A DNA stretch of 41,777 bases from a virus. The translations under genes and the position numbers were made by a program. The stretch lies in the UHGV virus genome UHGV-0060642. One strand, 5' to 3'. The number at the start of each line of letters is the position of its first letter. Position 1 is the stretch's first letter. The notes under the pieces are model-generated. The model was given only the letters and a program-made list of their open reading frames with translations. It did not search any database and had not been told where the DNA came from. Positions 17,868 to 28,362 of this stretch are shown piece after piece.

Positions 17868-17893
17868 AGCCTCGCATTCGCGGGGCTTTTTTA
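17868..17893 (+). terminator. Putative rho-independent terminator downstream of Rz
   Basis: Hairpin GCCTCGC-attc-GCGGGGC followed by TTTTTT. Confidence 0.55.
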
Positions 17894-18036
17894 TATCTGA
17901 ATTTCACAGCGTATCTCACGCGCATATAAACGAGAGCCTTTCAGTAAGCGAGCCTGAGAAATGCCGTTATAGGTGGCGACCTCTCTCGGGCGGCTTTTCT
18001 GTGAGACAGGCTCACTTTCTAAAAGGTAAAGACGCC

Positions 18037-18561
18037 ATGAATAATCATTCAGTTATTCCAGCCTTCGACTTCCGAGAAATGGTGCAAGCCAAAAACGGAG
18101 AGGTCGTTACCACATCCAGAAAAATTGCCAAGTACTTCGGCAAGCGACACGGTGATGTTCTCAGGAAAATCGAGCAGGTTAAGGCTGATTGCTCGTGTGA
18201 GTTTAGCCAACGCAATTTTGCGTCGGCTGATTATATCGATGAGCAGGGCAAGGTTCGCCCGATGTACAGCCTGACGAAAGATGGCTGGATCATGGTTGTG
18301 ATGGGGTTCACCGGGAAAGCTGCTGCGGCAATCAAGGAGAGCTATATCGCGGCATTCAACTGGATGGCAGAGCAACTGAGCCGCCGCATGGCAATTGGCG
18401 AAGAAATGCAGCACCGCTACGCCATCAAAGAAACACGCTCAAAGCTGAAAGGTACGATCGGCAGTCGGTTAATGAACGAACGGAAGAAAGAGAAGCGTGT
18501 CCTGGCTGTCGAGCATGAATACATCTTGCAGGTGACGCAGCCCGAATTGCTGATTAATTGA
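18037..18561 (+). CDS. rha: Rha-family phage regulatory protein
   Basis: VVTTSRKIAKYFGKRHGDVLRKIEQ... N-terminal region typical of Rha (pRha domain); start set at the internal ATG. Confidence 0.75.
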   Translation: MNNHSVIPAFDFREMVQAKNGEVVTTSRKIAKYFGKRHGDVLRKIEQVKADCSCEFSQRNFASADYIDEQGKVRPMYSLTKDGWIMVVMGFTGKAAAAIKESYIAAFNWMAEQLSRRMAIGEEMQHRYAIKETRSKLKGTIGSRLMNERKKEKRVLAVEHEYILQVTQPELLIN

Positions 18562-18860
18562 AGATGCCATCACAAAGCCCATCTACGGGTGGGCTTGATA
18601 ATGAAACCGGAATTTATTCTAGGTCACCAGTTACGGCAGTACAGCGAAACAACCCAAGCCAGTAAGTGGGGAAATAACACTGGCAGCCACTGAAAGATGA
18701 ACCTCCTGCCTTATGGCAAAAAAGATTCTTTGTGGTGGCGGACTGATGGAAAGACATCGGTTATTGCAGAGGCCATTCAATGAATGGTCTCGACAATGGC
18801 TTATACCCTACACGGGATAACTTAACTGATATCCCTTTTAACGGATAAACGGAGCCAACA

Positions 18861-19103
18861 ATGGCAGAGATTATTCCCATGACTGAAGAACAGAAATTCC
18901 AGTTAGAGATTTACAAACTGGTCATGAACCAGAACGCAGCCGCAGAAGAAGCATTTCAATTCATTGGCACTGACGAGCTGAAGCTTGAGCTATTCAAAAT
19001 TCACTTCCAGTCAGGCGGCGCTAATTCAGATATCACGACCCGCACTATCGAAGCGGTACGTAAATCGAAGGAAGCGTTAGACCTGTTCACTACCGGAGCA
19101 TAA
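18861..19103 (+). CDS. Hypothetical protein upstream of terS
   Basis: 80-aa ORF ending 2 nt before terS. Confidence 0.55.
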   Translation: MAEIIPMTEEQKFQLEIYKLVMNQNAAAEEAFQFIGTDELKLELFKIHFQSGGANSDITTRTIEAVRKSKEALDLFTTGA

Positions 19104-19105
19104 AC

Positions 19106-19546
19106 ATGGCGCGCCCAACAAAGTATCAAGAGGCGTATGCCGAACAGGCACGCAAACTGTGCTTGCTGGGCTACACCGATGCAGAACTTGCTGATTTCTT
19201 TGAAGTCAGTGAGTCAACTATTAACAAGTGGAAGCTTGATTATCCTAAGTTTTCGGAGTCCATAAAAAAGGGTAAGGCCGTCGCTGATGCAGAAGTTAGT
19301 GATCGTCTTTATCAACGCGCTATGGGCTTCGTGGCTCCAGACATCGATATTCGTGTTATTGAAAACAGAATTGTCGAAACTCCGCTTGAGAAGTATTACC
19401 CGCCTGATACAACCGCTGCCATCTTCTGGCTTAAGAATCGACAGAAGGATAAATGGCGCGACAAGGTTGATCACGAGCTAACAGGCAAAGACGGCGGCGC
19501 AATCCAGATTGAAACATCACCGATGAGCACTCTATTCGGAAAATGA
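19106..19546 (+). CDS. Terminase small subunit
   Basis: 146 aa; N-terminal HTH-like MARPTKYQEAYAEQARKLCLLGYTDAELADFFEVSESTINKWK and ...IFWLKNRQ typical of a small-terminase family; directly upstream of terL. Confidence 0.8.
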   Translation: MARPTKYQEAYAEQARKLCLLGYTDAELADFFEVSESTINKWKLDYPKFSESIKKGKAVADAEVSDRLYQRAMGFVAPDIDIRVIENRIVETPLEKYYPPDTTAAIFWLKNRQKDKWRDKVDHELTGKDGGAIQIETSPMSTLFGK

Positions 19547-20958
19547 CCTCGATTAATCCTATCTTTGAACCGTTCATTGAGGCGCATCGCTACAAAGTCG
19601 CCAAAGGCGGTCGAGGTAGCGGTAAATCATGGGCAATTGCGAGGCTGCTTGTTGAGGCGGCACGTCGGCAGCCTGTGCGTATTCTTTGCGCTCGTGAACT
19701 GCAAAACAGTATCAGCGATTCGGTAATCCGGTTGCTTGAAGACACCATCGAGCGGGAAGGGTATTCGGCTGAGTTTGAAATTCAGCGCTCCATGATTCGT
19801 CATCTCGGAACGAATGCTGAATTCATGTTCTACGGCATAAAAAACAACCCGACGAAGATTAAATCGCTCGAAGGCATTGATATCTGCTGGGTGGAAGAAG
19901 CGGAAGCGGTAACGAAGGAATCATGGGATATCCTGATTCCAACCATCCGCAAGCCATTTTCCGAAATATGGGTGAGCTTCAACCCGAAAAACATCCTCGA
20001 CGATACCTATCAGCGATTCGTCGTAAACCCTCCCGATGATATTTGTCTGCTGACGGTGAACTACACCGACAACCCGCACTTTCCTGAAGTTCTCCGTCTA
20101 GAGATGGAAGAGTGCAAACGCAGAAATCCGACACTGTATCGTCACATCTGGCTGGGTGAGCCGGTAAGCGCAAGTGATATGGCAATCATCAAACGTGAAT
20201 GGCTTGAAGCCGCAACCGATGCGCACAAGAAACTCGGATGGAAAGCGAAAGGCGCTGTTGTCTCTGCGCATGACCCGTCAGATACAGGGCCGGATGCTAA
20301 AGGTTATGCATCGCGTCACGGTTCGGTTGTTAAGCGCATTGCCGAAGGTCTGCTGATGGACATCAACGAGGGCGCTGACTGGGCTACTTCGCTGGCGATT
20401 GAAGACGGCGCTGACCATTACCTGTGGGATGGTGATGGTGTTGGTGCCGGGCTACGCAGACAGACAACGGAAGCGTTCTCCGGCAAGAAAATCACCGCCA
20501 CGATGTTCAAAGGCAGCGAATCGCCATTCGATGAAGATGCGCCGTATCAGGCCGGAGCATGGGCTGATGAAGTCGTACAGGGTGACAACGTTCGCACTAT
20601 TGGCGATGTGTTTCGCAATAAGCGAGCGCAATTCTATTACGCGCTGGCTGACAGGCTGTATCTGACATATCGGGCGGTTGTTTACGGTGAGTATGCAGAC
20701 CCCGACGACATGCTGAGTTTCGACAAAGAAGCGATAGGCGAGAATATGCTGGAGAAGCTGTTTGCAGAACTGACGCAGATTCAGCGCAAATTCAATAACA
20801 ACGGGAAGCTGGAGCTTATGACTAAGGTCGAAATGAAGCAGAAGCTCGGTATTCCATCTCCTAACCTGGCTGATGCGCTGATGATGTGTATGCATTGCCC
20901 GGAGTCGGCTGCGCAACCCGACTATTCCAGTTACTCAATTCCTTGTGGTGTAGGTTGA
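19543..20958 (+). CDS. Terminase large subunit
   Basis: 471 aa; Walker A KGGRGSGKSW near the N-terminus, nuclease-like C-terminal half; ATGA overlap with terS. Confidence 0.92.
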   Translation: MTSINPIFEPFIEAHRYKVAKGGRGSGKSWAIARLLVEAARRQPVRILCARELQNSISDSVIRLLEDTIEREGYSAEFEIQRSMIRHLGTNAEFMFYGIKNNPTKIKSLEGIDICWVEEAEAVTKESWDILIPTIRKPFSEIWVSFNPKNILDDTYQRFVVNPPDDICLLTVNYTDNPHFPEVLRLEMEECKRRNPTLYRHIWLGEPVSASDMAIIKREWLEAATDAHKKLGWKAKGAVVSAHDPSDTGPDAKGYASRHGSVVKRIAEGLLMDINEGADWATSLAIEDGADHYLWDGDGVGAGLRRQTTEAFSGKKITATMFKGSESPFDEDAPYQAGAWADEVVQGDNVRTIGDVFRNKRAQFYYALADRLYLTYRAVVYGEYADPDDMLSFDKEAIGENMLEKLFAELTQIQRKFNNNGKLELMTKVEMKQKLGIPSPNLADALMMCMHCPESAAQPDYSSYSIPCGVG

Positions 20959-20959
20959 T

Positions 20960-23158
20960 ATGGCAGAAAAAAAGATGACTGACTGGCATCGCAAGGTGCT
21001 GTGCAACTTTGATAATGCCTGGTCAGCAACGCAGGATATGCGTGAGCAGATTATTGAGGCTCAACGTTTCGTCCGGGTATCCGGCGCACAGTGGGAAGGC
21101 AGCACAAACGCTGGTTACTCATTTGATGAAGGCAGGTTTGAGCATTACCCGCGCTTTGAACTGAATAAGATTGCCCGTGAATGTGATCGCATCATTGGCG
21201 AGTATCGACAGAATCGCATCAGCGTTAAATTCAGGCCGAAGGACGATAAGGCATCGGAAGCGTTAGCCGAAAAGATGAATGGTAAATTCCGCGCTGACTA
21301 TCAGGAAACATCCGGTGGCGAAGCGTGTGATAACGCATTTGATGATGCCGTAACGGGTGGATTCGGTTGTTTCCGCATGTGTGCCGATTACGAAGATGAA
21401 ATGGATCCGAGTAACGAGCAGCGCCGTATAAGCCTTCTCCCGGTTTACGACCCAGCGACATGCGTTTTCTTCGATCAGGACAGCAAGCAATATGACCGCT
21501 CTGATGCTATGTGGGCTATGGAAATGTTCTCCATGACGCCTAAAGCGTTCGAGGCTGAATACCCTGATTCCATCGCTGCAAGTCTTTCTCGTGATGAGAC
21601 TGGCACTCAGTATGACTGGTCAACGCCTGATGCCATCTATGTTGGACGCTACTACGAAGTTCGCATAGAGAAGGTGAAGCTCACGGCGTGGCGCAACCCT
21701 GTTAGCGGAGAAACGGCAATTTATGATGAAGAGCAAATCAAAGATATTGTCGACGAGCTGACCGATGGTGCATTCGAACTGATTGGCGAGCGAACGGTGA
21801 AGAAGCGCCGCGTTTATTGCGGTCTTCTGTCTGGCGCTGAATGGCTGGAAGAACCGAAGCGTATTCCGGGCGAACATATTCCTCTCATCCCGGTATATGG
21901 GCGTCGATCATTTGTTGATAATCAGGAGCGAATCGAAGGTCACGCAGCAAAAGCGATGGATGCACAGCGTCTTGAGAACCTGATGGTTTCCATGATTGTA
22001 GATAACGCTACTCAGGCTGGCGGTGATGGCATTCCTGTAGTTGATGTTGACATGATTCCTGGTCCTCTCGCCACTCATTGGGCGGAGCGCAACAAAAAGC
22101 GCCCGGCGTTCCTGCCGATGGTCAGTCTGAAAAACAAAAACGGAGATATTACTGCGCAGGCTCAGGTCAGCAGTTATACGCCTCCGACACAAATGCCTCC
22201 AGCTCTTGCCGGGCTATTGCAGTACACCGGAACGGCTATTCAGCAAATTACAGGTGCGTCGCAGATTGAGAACATGCCGAGCAACGTCGCCACCGATACC
22301 GTTGATAGCATCTTTAACCGGATGGATACGCAGTCCTATATCTACATGGACAACATGGCTAAATCCATGCGTCGCGCTGGCGTTGTGTGGCTTTCTATGG
22401 CGCGTGAGGTCTATGGCAGTGATACGCCGATGCGTATCGTTAATGAGGACGGCAGCGATGACGTGGCGCTGATGACTGGTGAAGTGGTTGACCGTCAGAC
22501 AGGGCAGGTTATCGCGCTTAACGACCTTTCGCAGGGTAACTATGAAGTGACTGTCGATGTCGGTCAGTCGTTCGCTACTCGCCGTGATGCAACGGTTAAG
22601 TCGTTACTTTCCATGCTAGCACTTATCCCGCCCGGAACGCCGAAACACGACCTTGTATCGTCGATGATTCTCGACAATATGGACGGCGAAGGGATGGACG
22701 ACCTTAAAGAATACAACCGCAATCAGTTGCTTCTGTCTGGCGTTATCAAGCCGAGAACGCCTGAAGAACAGCAGATGGTTGAACAGGCGAAACAACAACA
22801 GGCCAGTCAGCCAGATCCGGCTATGGTTGCTGCGCAAGGTCAGCTTCTTGCTGGTCAGGCTGAATTGCAGAAAGCGCAGAACGAGCAGGAAGCCATTCAG
22901 GTTAAAGCATTCCAGGCACAGACTGATGCTCAGGTTGCAGCGGCAAACGTTGTGAAAATCCTCGCATCTGCTGATAGCCAGCAGAAATCTGATATCCGCG
23001 AGGCTCTGAAACTGCTCGGACAGTTCCAGCAACAGCAAGGAGACAATGCCCGTGCTGATGCAGAGCTTGTCCTGAAAAGTCAGGCACAGGGCCATGCGCA
23101 GCGCATGGACATCAGCAGCATCCTGCAAAAATCAACTCAGCAACAACCACAGCAGTAA
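20960..23158 (+). CDS. Portal protein (P22 gp1-like)
   Basis: 732 aa; conserved blocks (...KRRRVYCGLLSG...GEHIPLIPVYG...) and Gln-rich C-terminal barrel region (PEEQQMVEQAKQQQASQPDPAMVAAQGQLLAGQAELQKAQN) resemble recalled P22 portal. Confidence 0.92.
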   Translation: MAEKKMTDWHRKVLCNFDNAWSATQDMREQIIEAQRFVRVSGAQWEGSTNAGYSFDEGRFEHYPRFELNKIARECDRIIGEYRQNRISVKFRPKDDKASEALAEKMNGKFRADYQETSGGEACDNAFDDAVTGGFGCFRMCADYEDEMDPSNEQRRISLLPVYDPATCVFFDQDSKQYDRSDAMWAMEMFSMTPKAFEAEYPDSIAASLSRDETGTQYDWSTPDAIYVGRYYEVRIEKVKLTAWRNPVSGETAIYDEEQIKDIVDELTDGAFELIGERTVKKRRVYCGLLSGAEWLEEPKRIPGEHIPLIPVYGRRSFVDNQERIEGHAAKAMDAQRLENLMVSMIVDNATQAGGDGIPVVDVDMIPGPLATHWAERNKKRPAFLPMVSLKNKNGDITAQAQVSSYTPPTQMPPALAGLLQYTGTAIQQITGASQIENMPSNVATDTVDSIFNRMDTQSYIYMDNMAKSMRRAGVVWLSMAREVYGSDTPMRIVNEDGSDDVALMTGEVVDRQTGQVIALNDLSQGNYEVTVDVGQSFATRRDATVKSLLSMLALIPPGTPKHDLVSSMILDNMDGEGMDDLKEYNRNQLLLSGVIKPRTPEEQQMVEQAKQQQASQPDPAMVAAQGQLLAGQAELQKAQNEQEAIQVKAFQAQTDAQVAAANVVKILASADSQQKSDIREALKLLGQFQQQQGDNARADAELVLKSQAQGHAQRMDISSILQKSTQQQPQQ

Positions 23159-23248
23159 TTAACCCATAACGTGCAATGGCTGTCTTTATGAGGCCTGGCA
23201 CCCTATTGCCTTCCGATGGGCTGAACATCGAGTAAACAGGGGTAACAA

Positions 23249-24142
23249 ATGGACCAGATGGCAGAAAACACACCAGAAGTTGAAATCGAAACCGACGCGT
23301 CAGAGCAGATTCCTGATGATGTCGAACTGGCTGAAGAAGTCGAAACAGAAGATGGCAGTGAGTCCTCCGGCAATGATGCAGAGGAAGCTACTGAAACTGA
23401 TGACGACGAATCAGAGCAGGAATTCTACTTTGGTGACGAAAAGCTGGATTCGCCAACCAGCGAAGATGGCGCAGAGCATGGACTGGTAAAACACCTGCGC
23501 AAGACGATTAAAGAGAAAGACCGCGAGCTGAAAGAGCTGATGCGTCAGTCTCAGAAACCCGTCGAGCAGCAGCCGGTAATCACTCAACCACCGCGAATGC
23601 CAAAACTGGATGATGAGGACATCGGTTTCGATGAAGAAATCTACCAGCAACGCATGGCTAAGTGGGCAGAGGATAACGGCAAGTACCAGCAACAGGAGAT
23701 GGCTCGCAAGCAGAAGGAGCAGGAGCTTCAGGCTGCCTATTCAGAGCGATTATCCAAATATCAGCAACGTGTTAAGGCTCTCAAAGTTCCTGGCTATCAG
23801 GAAGCTGAGCAGGCCGTACTCGAGGAAATCCCCATCGAGACACAAAACGCGATCCTGTTTGAGTCAGAGAAGCCGGAAATCGTTGTTCTGGCACTCGGTC
23901 GCAACGCTGAACTGCGCAAGCAACTGGCAGAAGCTACCAACCCCGTAGCAATTGGTCGTCTGCTGGAACGTATCGAATCGAAGGCCAGAATCATGCCAAA
24001 AGCAAAAACCACGGCAGCCACAACCCCGACAGTTAAGGGGAGCAACGGCGCAGTAATCAACAACCTCGACAAACTGAAAGCCAAGGCGCTGGAAACTGGT
24101 GACTGGACGCCGTATTTCGCCGCTAAAAAGGCAAAAAAATAA
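23249..24142 (+). CDS. Scaffolding protein
   Basis: 297 aa, highly acidic N-terminus, coiled-coil-rich, between portal and coat as P22 gp8. Confidence 0.8.
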   Translation: MDQMAENTPEVEIETDASEQIPDDVELAEEVETEDGSESSGNDAEEATETDDDESEQEFYFGDEKLDSPTSEDGAEHGLVKHLRKTIKEKDRELKELMRQSQKPVEQQPVITQPPRMPKLDDEDIGFDEEIYQQRMAKWAEDNGKYQQQEMARKQKEQELQAAYSERLSKYQQRVKALKVPGYQEAEQAVLEEIPIETQNAILFESEKPEIVVLALGRNAELRKQLAEATNPVAIGRLLERIESKARIMPKAKTTAATTPTVKGSNGAVINNLDKLKAKALETGDWTPYFAAKKAKK

Positions 24143-24160
24143 CCTATCGGAGCATTAAGC

Positions 24161-25414
24161 ATGGCTAACCAATTAGCAAAAGACCTTGAAATCATGTTCG
24201 AAAACTACGTTGAAGGCTTTGAGGCCGCCTGCGTAGTTTCCCGTAACGCTAAAAAATTCCGTCCCGGTGATACCGCAATGCAGCGAGCAGGTGATGTTCT
24301 GTATCGTCCGCAGCATTACCACATGAACATTGAAGAAGGCCTCGATCTCAGCGGCAAAACGCCTACAGCACTGGTTCAGCGCCTTGTTCCTTCTGTGTTC
24401 AAGGAGCCGAAAAACATTCTGTACACTCTGGATGCGCGTGAAATGCGTGACCCGGAACATAAAACTGAAGCTGGTCGAGCCGCAGGTATGCGCCTTGCTG
24501 CACAGATTGACTCTGACCTGATTTCCATGGTCACGCAGCGTGCTACTAACGTGATCACGATGGCTGACTCAACCACAGGTTCACAGGGCCGTGATTTGTG
24601 GAACTGTGCGGCAGGTATTGATGCCACCATGACGGCGATTGGTGTACCTCAGGGTATCAATCGTCGCTCTTTCTGGAACCCCTTCAACTACAAAGACCTT
24701 GCTGGCGAGCTTGGTCACCGTGCCTACGCTCAGGGCGCAACCCTGACAGCATACGAAAAAGCGCAGATCCCTCCGGTTGCTTCCTTTGATAGCTACAAGA
24801 CCGATATTTCTGGTCGATTACCGAAAGGAAGCGCTGAATCCTTGACAGTATCAGGCCAACCTGAACACAAGGTTGAAGCGAAAGATTCAAATGGTATGCC
24901 AGTTGATAACCGACAGGGGACTATTACGGTATCTGCATCTGGCTTGCAGGTTGGTGATGCGTTCACCATTGCCGGTGTGAATTCCGTACACCAGATCACA
25001 AAAGATACCACCGGGCAACCGCAGGTATTCCGTGTTCTGGCTGTTAGCGGAACTACCGTAACAATCTCTCCAAAGATTCTCCCTGTTGAAAATACCGATG
25101 TTGCGAGTCGTCCATATGCAAACGTCGATGCCAAACCGGCAGAATCAGCAGCAATCACCATTCTCAACAAGAACGCAGCACCTGCTAACCTGTTCTGGGC
25201 TGATGGTTCTGTTGAGCTGATGTACGGCAAACTAGCGTTCCCGACTGGTCAGGGTCCACAGGTAATGACAGCAACCACCGAGCAGGGCGCTACGCTGATC
25301 ATGTCTTACGCCTTCGACCACATCAAAGGCGTAACCACTGCTCGTTTCACCACTCTGTACGGTTGCTCTGTACTTGTTCCTGAATATACGGGCATCGTTA
25401 TTGCCGGGCAGTAA
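24161..25414 (+). CDS. Major capsid (coat) protein, P22 gp5-like
   Basis: 417 aa; position after scaffold; segments ...RPYANVDAKPAESAAITILN...NLFWADGSVEL... resemble P22 coat; followed by a strong terminator. Confidence 0.88.
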   Translation: MANQLAKDLEIMFENYVEGFEAACVVSRNAKKFRPGDTAMQRAGDVLYRPQHYHMNIEEGLDLSGKTPTALVQRLVPSVFKEPKNILYTLDAREMRDPEHKTEAGRAAGMRLAAQIDSDLISMVTQRATNVITMADSTTGSQGRDLWNCAAGIDATMTAIGVPQGINRRSFWNPFNYKDLAGELGHRAYAQGATLTAYEKAQIPPVASFDSYKTDISGRLPKGSAESLTVSGQPEHKVEAKDSNGMPVDNRQGTITVSASGLQVGDAFTIAGVNSVHQITKDTTGQPQVFRVLAVSGTTVTISPKILPVENTDVASRPYANVDAKPAESAAITILNKNAAPANLFWADGSVELMYGKLAFPTGQGPQVMTATTEQGATLIMSYAFDHIKGVTTARFTTLYGCSVLVPEYTGIVIAGQ

Positions 25415-25420
25415 TTTTGG

Positions 25421-25443
25421 TGGGGCTTCGGCCCCATTTTTAT
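25421..25443 (+). terminator. Rho-independent terminator after the coat gene
   Basis: TGGGGC-ttcg-GCCCCA hairpin (UUCG tetraloop) followed by TTTTTATT. Confidence 0.75.
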
Positions 25444-25455
25444 TGGGAGAAGACA

Positions 25456-25644
25456 ATGGCACGAACAATGCTCTATAAGCCTGGCAACATGATCACCTGT
25501 GGTCAGTTTGCTGTCGATTACATCATTGTTGATGACGAAGAAGTTAAATCTCACCTGAAAAAAGGTTGGGTAAAAACTCCTGAAGAAACCGCAACGAAGC
25601 AAAAAGTGGCTAAGGCGGAAGAAGATGGCGAAAACGAAGGGTGA
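25456..25644 (+). CDS. Hypothetical small protein
   Basis: 62 aa MARTMLYKPGNMITCGQF...; ATG preceded by GGGAGAAG; start set at the internal ATG of the track ORF. Confidence 0.55.
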   Translation: MARTMLYKPGNMITCGQFAVDYIIVDDEEVKSHLKKGWVKTPEETATKQKVAKAEEDGENEG

Positions 25645-26086
25645 TCTCGTTCTAAAGGCTTTACGAAAAGCCGGGCTGTATTCCAATGCCACGTTGACAG
25701 ATGCTGACCCTCAGGCAATTGAAGATGCCATTAATGACCTCGAAGACATGATGGCAGCATGGCAGGCGAAAGGTATCGAGCTTGGGTATCAGTTTGCTGA
25801 TACAGAAAACGGCATCATGCCGTTACCTGACGATGATTCAGGTATCCCTGCATGGGCAAATGATGGCGTCGCTTTGAAACTCGCTGTGCAAGTGTGCATG
25901 GATAACGTCATTCAGCCGTCAGACGCTCTCCTTACCGCTGCTGACAGTGCATATCAAACAATCTGTATCGCTTTAACCAAAATACCACCACTTGAGCGGC
26001 GAAATGACATGCCTCGCGGTAGTGGTAACAAAAGCGCGTTTACGTGGAATCGGTTTTACATCGAGAAAGATGATCCGAGTACGTGA
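25625..26086 (+). CDS. Head-tail adaptor, P22 gp4-like
   Basis: 153 aa; MAKTKGDLVLKALRKAG...TLTDADPQAIEDAINDLEDMMAAW resembles the P22 gp4 N-terminus; synteny. Confidence 0.8.
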   Translation: MAKTKGDLVLKALRKAGLYSNATLTDADPQAIEDAINDLEDMMAAWQAKGIELGYQFADTENGIMPLPDDDSGIPAWANDGVALKLAVQVCMDNVIQPSDALLTAADSAYQTICIALTKIPPLERRNDMPRGSGNKSAFTWNRFYIEKDDPST

Positions 26087-26095
26087 GGTGAATAA

Positions 26096-27514
26096 ATGCC
26101 GATTCAGCAACTTCCGCTTATGAAAGGTGTCGGCAAAGACTTCCGAAACGCCGACTATATCGACTATCTGCCAGTGAATATGTTGGCTACACCCAAAGAA
26201 ATCCTCAACAGCAGCGGATATCTTCGCTCATTCCCGGGCATTGCCAAACGCTCTGATGTAAACGGCGTATCGCGCGGCGTCGAGTACAACATGGCGCAGA
26301 ATGCTGTTTATCGTGTGTGTGGCGGCAAGCTCTACAAAGGCGAAAGCGAAGTCGGTGATGTCGCCGGAAGTGGTCGTGTATCAATGGCGCATGGTCGGAC
26401 ATCTCAGGCGGTAGGCGTTAATGGTCAACTGGTCGAGTATCGCTATGATGGCACGGTTAAAACAGTCTCAAACTGGCCTACAGACAGCGGATTCACGCAG
26501 TATGAGTTAGGTTCGGTTCGTGACATTACTCGCTTACGTGGCCGTTATGCGTGGTCAAAAGACGGCACTGATTCATGGTTTATCACTGACCTTGGAGACG
26601 AATCGCATCCTGACCGCTACAGCGCACAATATCGCGCAGAATCGCAGCCGGACGGAATCATCGGCATCGGAACATGGCGAGACTTCATCGTATGCTTTGG
26701 TTCATCAACGATTGAATATTTCTCCCTGACTGGTGCAACCACCGTTGGTGCTGCTTTGTATGTCGCACAGCCATCGCTGATGGTGCAGAAAGGCATTGCC
26801 GGGACTTACTGCAAAACGCCATTCGCTGATTCTTATGCGTTCATCAGCAATCCGGCAACTGGTGCGCCGTCTGTGTATATCATCGGCTCCGGTCAGGTAT
26901 CACCAATCGCCAGCGCGAGCATTGAGAAAATTCTCCGCTCCTACACTGCTGATGAACTGGCTGATGGCGTGATGGAATCGCTGCGATTTGATGCGCATGA
27001 GTTGCTGATTATCCACCTTCCGCGCCATGTTCTAGTATACGACGCATCTTCAAGCGCCAATGGTCCGCAATGGTGTGTACTGAAAACAGGCCTGTATGAC
27101 GATGTGTACCGCGCTATCGACTTCATTTACGAAGGCAACCAAATTACGTGCGGCGATAAGCTTGAATCGATGACAGGGAAATTGCAGTTCGATATCAGCA
27201 GCCAGTACGACAAGCAACAGGAACACCTGCTGTTTACTCCGTTGTTCAAAGCGGATAACGCCAGAGTTTTCGACCTTGAAGTTGAATCGTCAACTGGCGT
27301 TGCGCAGTACGCTGACCGCCTGTTCCTCTCTGCAACCACTGACGGCATAAATTACGGTCGTGAGCAGATGATTGAGCAGAATGAACCGTTCGTTTACGAC
27401 AAACGCGTTTTGTGGAAGCGGGTCGGACGCATCAGGAAAAATGTCGGATTCAAATTGCGCGTTATCACGAAGTCACCTGTCACTCTTTCTGGCTGCCAGA
27501 TAAGGATTGAGTAA
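26096..27514 (+). CDS. Tail hub protein, P22 gp10-like
   Basis: 472 aa; [49 protein letters not shown] closely matches recalled P22 gp10. Confidence 0.9.
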   Translation: MPIQQLPLMKGVGKDFRNADYIDYLPVNMLATPKEILNSSGYLRSFPGIAKRSDVNGVSRGVEYNMAQNAVYRVCGGKLYKGESEVGDVAGSGRVSMAHGRTSQAVGVNGQLVEYRYDGTVKTVSNWPTDSGFTQYELGSVRDITRLRGRYAWSKDGTDSWFITDLGDESHPDRYSAQYRAESQPDGIIGIGTWRDFIVCFGSSTIEYFSLTGATTVGAALYVAQPSLMVQKGIAGTYCKTPFADSYAFISNPATGAPSVYIIGSGQVSPIASASIEKILRSYTADELADGVMESLRFDAHELLIIHLPRHVLVYDASSSANGPQWCVLKTGLYDDVYRAIDFIYEGNQITCGDKLESMTGKLQFDISSQYDKQQEHLLFTPLFKADNARVFDLEVESSTGVAQYADRLFLSATTDGINYGREQMIEQNEPFVYDKRVLWKRVGRIRKNVGFKLRVITKSPVTLSGCQIRIE

Positions 27515-28362
27515 TGGCGGATTCATCACTGAATAATCCTGTCGCGGTTCAGGCTACGCGCCTTGATGCTTCAATTTTGCCACGCAATATATTCAGCCAG
27601 TCTTACCTGCTGTATGTCATAAATCAGGGTGCTGATGTTGGTAACGTGGCTAACAAGGCCAACGAGGCCGGACAGGGCGCTTATGATGCACAGGTCAGGA
27701 ACGATGAGCAGGATGTGATTCTCGCTGACCATGAGCAGCGAATTTCTGCTGCGGAAGCAACGCTTGTTAATCATGAGGAGCGAATCAGCCAGGCAGAATC
27801 AACTCTTCAGGAACATGAAACACGAATAGCTCAGAATGAAAGCGATATTGCGTCGCTTGATACCAGAGTTCAGTCGCTGGAATCGCAGGTTTCAGACCAT
27901 GAAACGCGCATCGATGCTCTGGAGTATGCCACTACTCGCAAGAAGTCAGAGGTTGTTTACTCTGGCGTATCTGTAACCATCCCGACAGCGCCGACCAACC
28001 TTGTTAGCCTGCTGAAAACGCTAACGCCGTCATCCGGCACGTTGGCACCATTCTTCGACACCGTTAACAACAAGATGGTTGTGTTCAACGAGAACAAAAC
28101 CTTGTTCTTCAAGCTGTCGATCGTCGGGACGTGGCCCAGCGGAACCGCCAACAGGTCAATGCAGCTAACCTTTTCCGGCTCTGTTCCTGACACACTTGTG
28201 AGCAGTCGTAATGCGGCGACAACAACCGATAACATCCTGTTAGCTACGTTCTTCAGCGTGGATAAAGACGGCTTTCTTGCCACAAATGGCAGCACGTTAA
28301 CCATTCAGTCGAATGGTGCGTCGTTTACTGCCACAACCATCAAAATCATTGCGGAGCAGTGA
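27514..28362 (+). CDS. Tail needle, P22 gp26-like, with extended C-terminal knob domain
   Basis: N-terminal 60 aa ([36 protein letters not shown]...) match P22 gp26; heptad coiled coil; about 120-aa C-terminal extension not present in P22. Confidence 0.85.
   Translation: MADSSLNNPVAVQATRLDASILPRNIFSQSYLLYVINQGADVGNVANKANEAGQGAYDAQVRNDEQDVILADHEQRISAAEATLVNHEERISQAESTLQEHETRIAQNESDIASLDTRVQSLESQVSDHETRIDALEYATTRKKSEVVYSGVSVTIPTAPTNLVSLLKTLTPSSGTLAPFFDTVNNKMVVFNENKTLFFKLSIVGTWPSGTANRSMQLTFSGSVPDTLVSSRNAATTTDNILLATFFSVDKDGFLATNGSTLTIQSNGASFTATTIKIIAEQ

Noticed and set aside
18575-18600. Hairpin agccca-tctacggg-tgggct after rha as a terminator
   Set aside because: No convincing U-run follows; left unannotated.
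21231-23128. Multiple minus-strand ORFs inside the portal gene (for example 22616-23128, 170 aa)
   Set aside because: Antisense shadow ORFs; translations are low-complexity and Cys/Leu/Arg-rich.
23280-24195. Alternate-frame ORFs within scaffold and early coat genes (for example 23797-24195 minus, 23610-23948 plus)
   Set aside because: Repetitive, charged scaffold sequence produces open alternate frames; no start context or recognisable features.
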